Shown here in pieces: positions 61,983 through 64,000 of a stretch of DNA of 64,000 bases; position 1 is the first letter of the stretch; every line of letters begins with the position of its first letter. The notes beneath the pieces are model-generated. The model was not told where the DNA came from. It ran no database searches and saw only the letters and a list, made by a program, of their open reading frames with translations. The translations under genes and the position numbers were made by a program. The DNA is from Obrimoposthia wandeli. Taxonomy: Eukaryota. The DNA is taken from assembly GCA_977020255.1 (NCBI GenBank), contig CDROCS010000998.1, positions 124,001 to 188,000 of the forward strand, in the 5' to 3' direction.

Positions 61983-63380
61983 ATGAACAAGGACGTCAAC
62001 GTTTTCAAAGCGTTTTTGATAGCCTCTATCTTTTGGGGTGCAACGGCAATGACAATTGGAGTCATACTCGCATCACAATTGTATTGGGTTGATTTAAATT
62101 TTGCCTCTGAATTCTTTAACTTTGGTCGGCTTCGCCCTTTACATACAAATGGAGTCGTCTTCGGTTTAGTGTGTAACATCTTAATGGGGGTATCACTGTA
62201 TGTTGTATGTCGAACTTCTGAAACAACGTTAATTTCTGAGAAGCTTGCATGGGTATTATTCTGGGGGTGGCAAGGGCTTCTGGTGCTAGGCTACATCACG
62301 TTACCACTGGGTTTTACCTCAACCAAAGAATATGCCGAGTTTGAGTGGCCATTAGATATTTTAATGGCGGCACTATGGCTGCTATTTGCATATATTTTCT
62401 TTGGCACTCTCTTCACTAAAAAAACAAAACACATCTTCGTGTCTAATTGGTTTACTGGCGCAGTCATTATTGTGATCACCATGATCTTCGTAGTGAATAA
62501 CTTATCAATACCAGTAACATTAACTAAATCCTATTCTGTTTTTTCTGGTGCCAGTGATGCGTTAGTGCAGTGGTGGTGGGGGCACAATGCCGTTGGATTC
62601 CTTCTAACAGCGTCCTTTATCGGCACTAACTATTACATCATTCCCAAGCTGGTTGATCGTCCCATCTATTCTTATCGTCTGTCTATGATCAACTTCTGGG
62701 GGCTTATCGGCTTTTATACCTGGGCAGGTACACATCATTTATTGTATTCCTCATTACCCGACTGGATTCAAAATATCGGCGTAGTGATGTCGTTGTTACT
62801 TTGGTTGCCATCATGGGCTGGTGCATATAACGCTTACATGACCATTTATTCCAACAAACAAAAGCTACGTGAAAATTACATTGTGTGGTTCTTCATGTCG
62901 TCGATCATTTATTACGCCTTAGCGACAGCTGAAGGACCTTTGATGGCAATTCGTTGGTTTAATGTAATTGCACATAATACTAGTTGGGTTATAGGTCACG
63001 TCCATTCTGGCGCATTAGGCTGGGTCGGTATGACTTGTATCGGTACTTTCTACTATCTAGTACCGAAGCTATTTGGTAATCGAGAACTGTGGTCAATGAA
63101 ACTGGTAAAAACTCACTTCTTCCTTGCTCATGCTGGTATTACCTTTTATATCGTGGCGCTGTGGATTGCTGGTATTGGTCAGGGTGTAATGTGGATGGCA
63201 CAAACCGACAGTGGCGCATTAACATACAGCTTTGTCGATACATTAAACTTCATCTCTCCCTACATGTTCTTACGTTTTGTTGGCGGAGCATTATACCTCT
63301 CAGGGATCGTCTTAATGGTGTACAACCTATGGATGACGGTGCGAGTTCAACCTGTTCGAACCGCAGCATCGGAGGCCTAA
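61983..63380 (+). CDS. ccoN: cbb3-type cytochrome c oxidase subunit I (divergent)
   Basis: FGRLRPLHTN, KEYAEFEWP, QWWWGHNAVGF, WAGTHH, WVIGHVHSGALGW, RFVGG. Confidence 0.93.
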   Translation: MNKDVNVFKAFLIASIFWGATAMTIGVILASQLYWVDLNFASEFFNFGRLRPLHTNGVVFGLVCNILMGVSLYVVCRTSETTLISEKLAWVLFWGWQGLLVLGYITLPLGFTSTKEYAEFEWPLDILMAALWLLFAYIFFGTLFTKKTKHIFVSNWFTGAVIIVITMIFVVNNLSIPVTLTKSYSVFSGASDALVQWWWGHNAVGFLLTASFIGTNYYIIPKLVDRPIYSYRLSMINFWGLIGFYTWAGTHHLLYSSLPDWIQNIGVVMSLLLWLPSWAGAYNAYMTIYSNKQKLRENYIVWFFMSSIIYYALATAEGPLMAIRWFNVIAHNTSWVIGHVHSGALGWVGMTCIGTFYYLVPKLFGNRELWSMKLVKTHFFLAHAGITFYIVALWIAGIGQGVMWMAQTDSGALTYSFVDTLNFISPYMFLRFVGGALYLSGIVLMVYNLWMTVRVQPVRTAASEA

Positions 63381-63383
63381 ATC

Positions 63384-64000
63384 ATGAAGATTAATATTAC
63401 CAAATCTGTCGTGTCATTTATTGTTGTAACATTTCTAGTCGCGTCTTTTTCATTCTTAGTTTGGGTACTTCCGGGCTTTTTCATTCGTGATGATTTAGCA
63501 ATGAAAACCATGGCAAAACCATTAAAGCCGCTGGAATTAGTAGGCCGAGATGTGTATATGGCACAAGGGTGCCATGTGTGCCATACCCAGATGGTAAGAG
63601 ACCTCGAACCTGAACGTGTTCGCTACGGTCGTTCTAATCAAATGGAAGATGATATCTACGAATTCACTTTTTTATGGGGATCCGCACGGATCGGACCTGA
63701 TCTCACTAACATTGGTTTGAAATACACGAATGAATGGCATACCGAACATTTAATTAGCCCACAATCTTTGGTACCAGAATCTATCATGCCACAGTATCCG
63801 TGGTTATTTGAACAGCCTGTAAATAATGCTGATATCGGAAAAAAAATGACGGTGCTACAAACATTAGGTGTGCCGTATTCAGCAGCCGATATAGCGGGAG
63901 CATCAGATATTGTTAAAGGGAAAACCAAAGGCGAAGCCTTAGTGGCTTATTTAATGAGCCTTGGAGTAGATACACATAACAGTATGGGAGATCTACAATG
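63384..64000 (+). CDS. ccoO: cbb3-type cytochrome c oxidase subunit II, runs to the window edge
   Basis: Not in the ORF track. Manual translation gives LELVGRDVYMAQGCHVCHTQMVR, LWGSARIGPDL, ESIMPQYPWL; the frame ends at TG(63999-64000). Confidence 0.92.
   Translation, partial: MKINITKSVVSFIVVTFLVASFSFLVWVLPGFFIRDDLAMKTMAKPLKPLELVGRDVYMAQGCHVCHTQMVRDLEPERVRYGRSNQMEDDIYEFTFLWGSARIGPDLTNIGLKYTNEWHTEHLISPQSLVPESIMPQYPWLFEQPVNNADIGKKMTVLQTLGVPYSAADIAGASDIVKGKTKGEALVAYLMSLGVDTHNSMGDLQ

Noticed and set aside
1-64000. CRISPR array, integron attC array, rRNA, prophage or Tn7 ends
   Set aside because: No regularly spaced repeats or hallmark genes seen; repeats in 57324-59318 are protein-coding.

Overview
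AT-rich gammaproteobacterial chromosomal window. Gene content and sequence style suggest Vibrionaceae, probably Photobacterium (inference). It has four zones. (1) 1-14.4 kb: ordinary housekeeping/accessory genes (scrambled cold-shock gene, PldB, patatin, RidA, GNAT, PhoD-like, LysR-MATE, FMN reductase, AraC-AzlCD, GMC oxidoreductase). (2) 14.5-38.8 kb: a nearly self-contained, all minus-strand formate hydrogenlyase island (selC-selA-selB, hycBCDEFGHI, hydN, selenocysteine-containing fdhF, fhlA, fdhD, hupE/ureJ, hypFCDEAB) with sigma54 promoters, FhlA-type upstream sites and FNR boxes; its tRNA-Sec has a bulged 7-bp acceptor stem. (3) 39.4-46.3 kb: a gingipain-like C25 peptidase with PKD domains and an MCP-broad-spectrum racemase operon. 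(4) 46.4-64 kb: an IS-rich mosaic (IS66 remnant, HTH-PIN pair, SEC-C orphan, truncated atypical ddl, two IS6 copies, one IS110/IS1111, one IS5/IS903, SgrR-family regulator, FG-GAP repeat protein) followed by a divergent ccoNO. Best finding: the IS1111-type element (53476-54872) sits inside the terminal inverted repeat of an IS6 element. Its downstream non-coding region contains a readable bridge-RNA/seekRNA architecture. One loop matches both strands of the IS6 terminal repeat GGCTCTGTTGCAAA, and a second loop matches the element's own circle junction. This appears to be an RNA-guided recombinase programmed against IS6-family ends.
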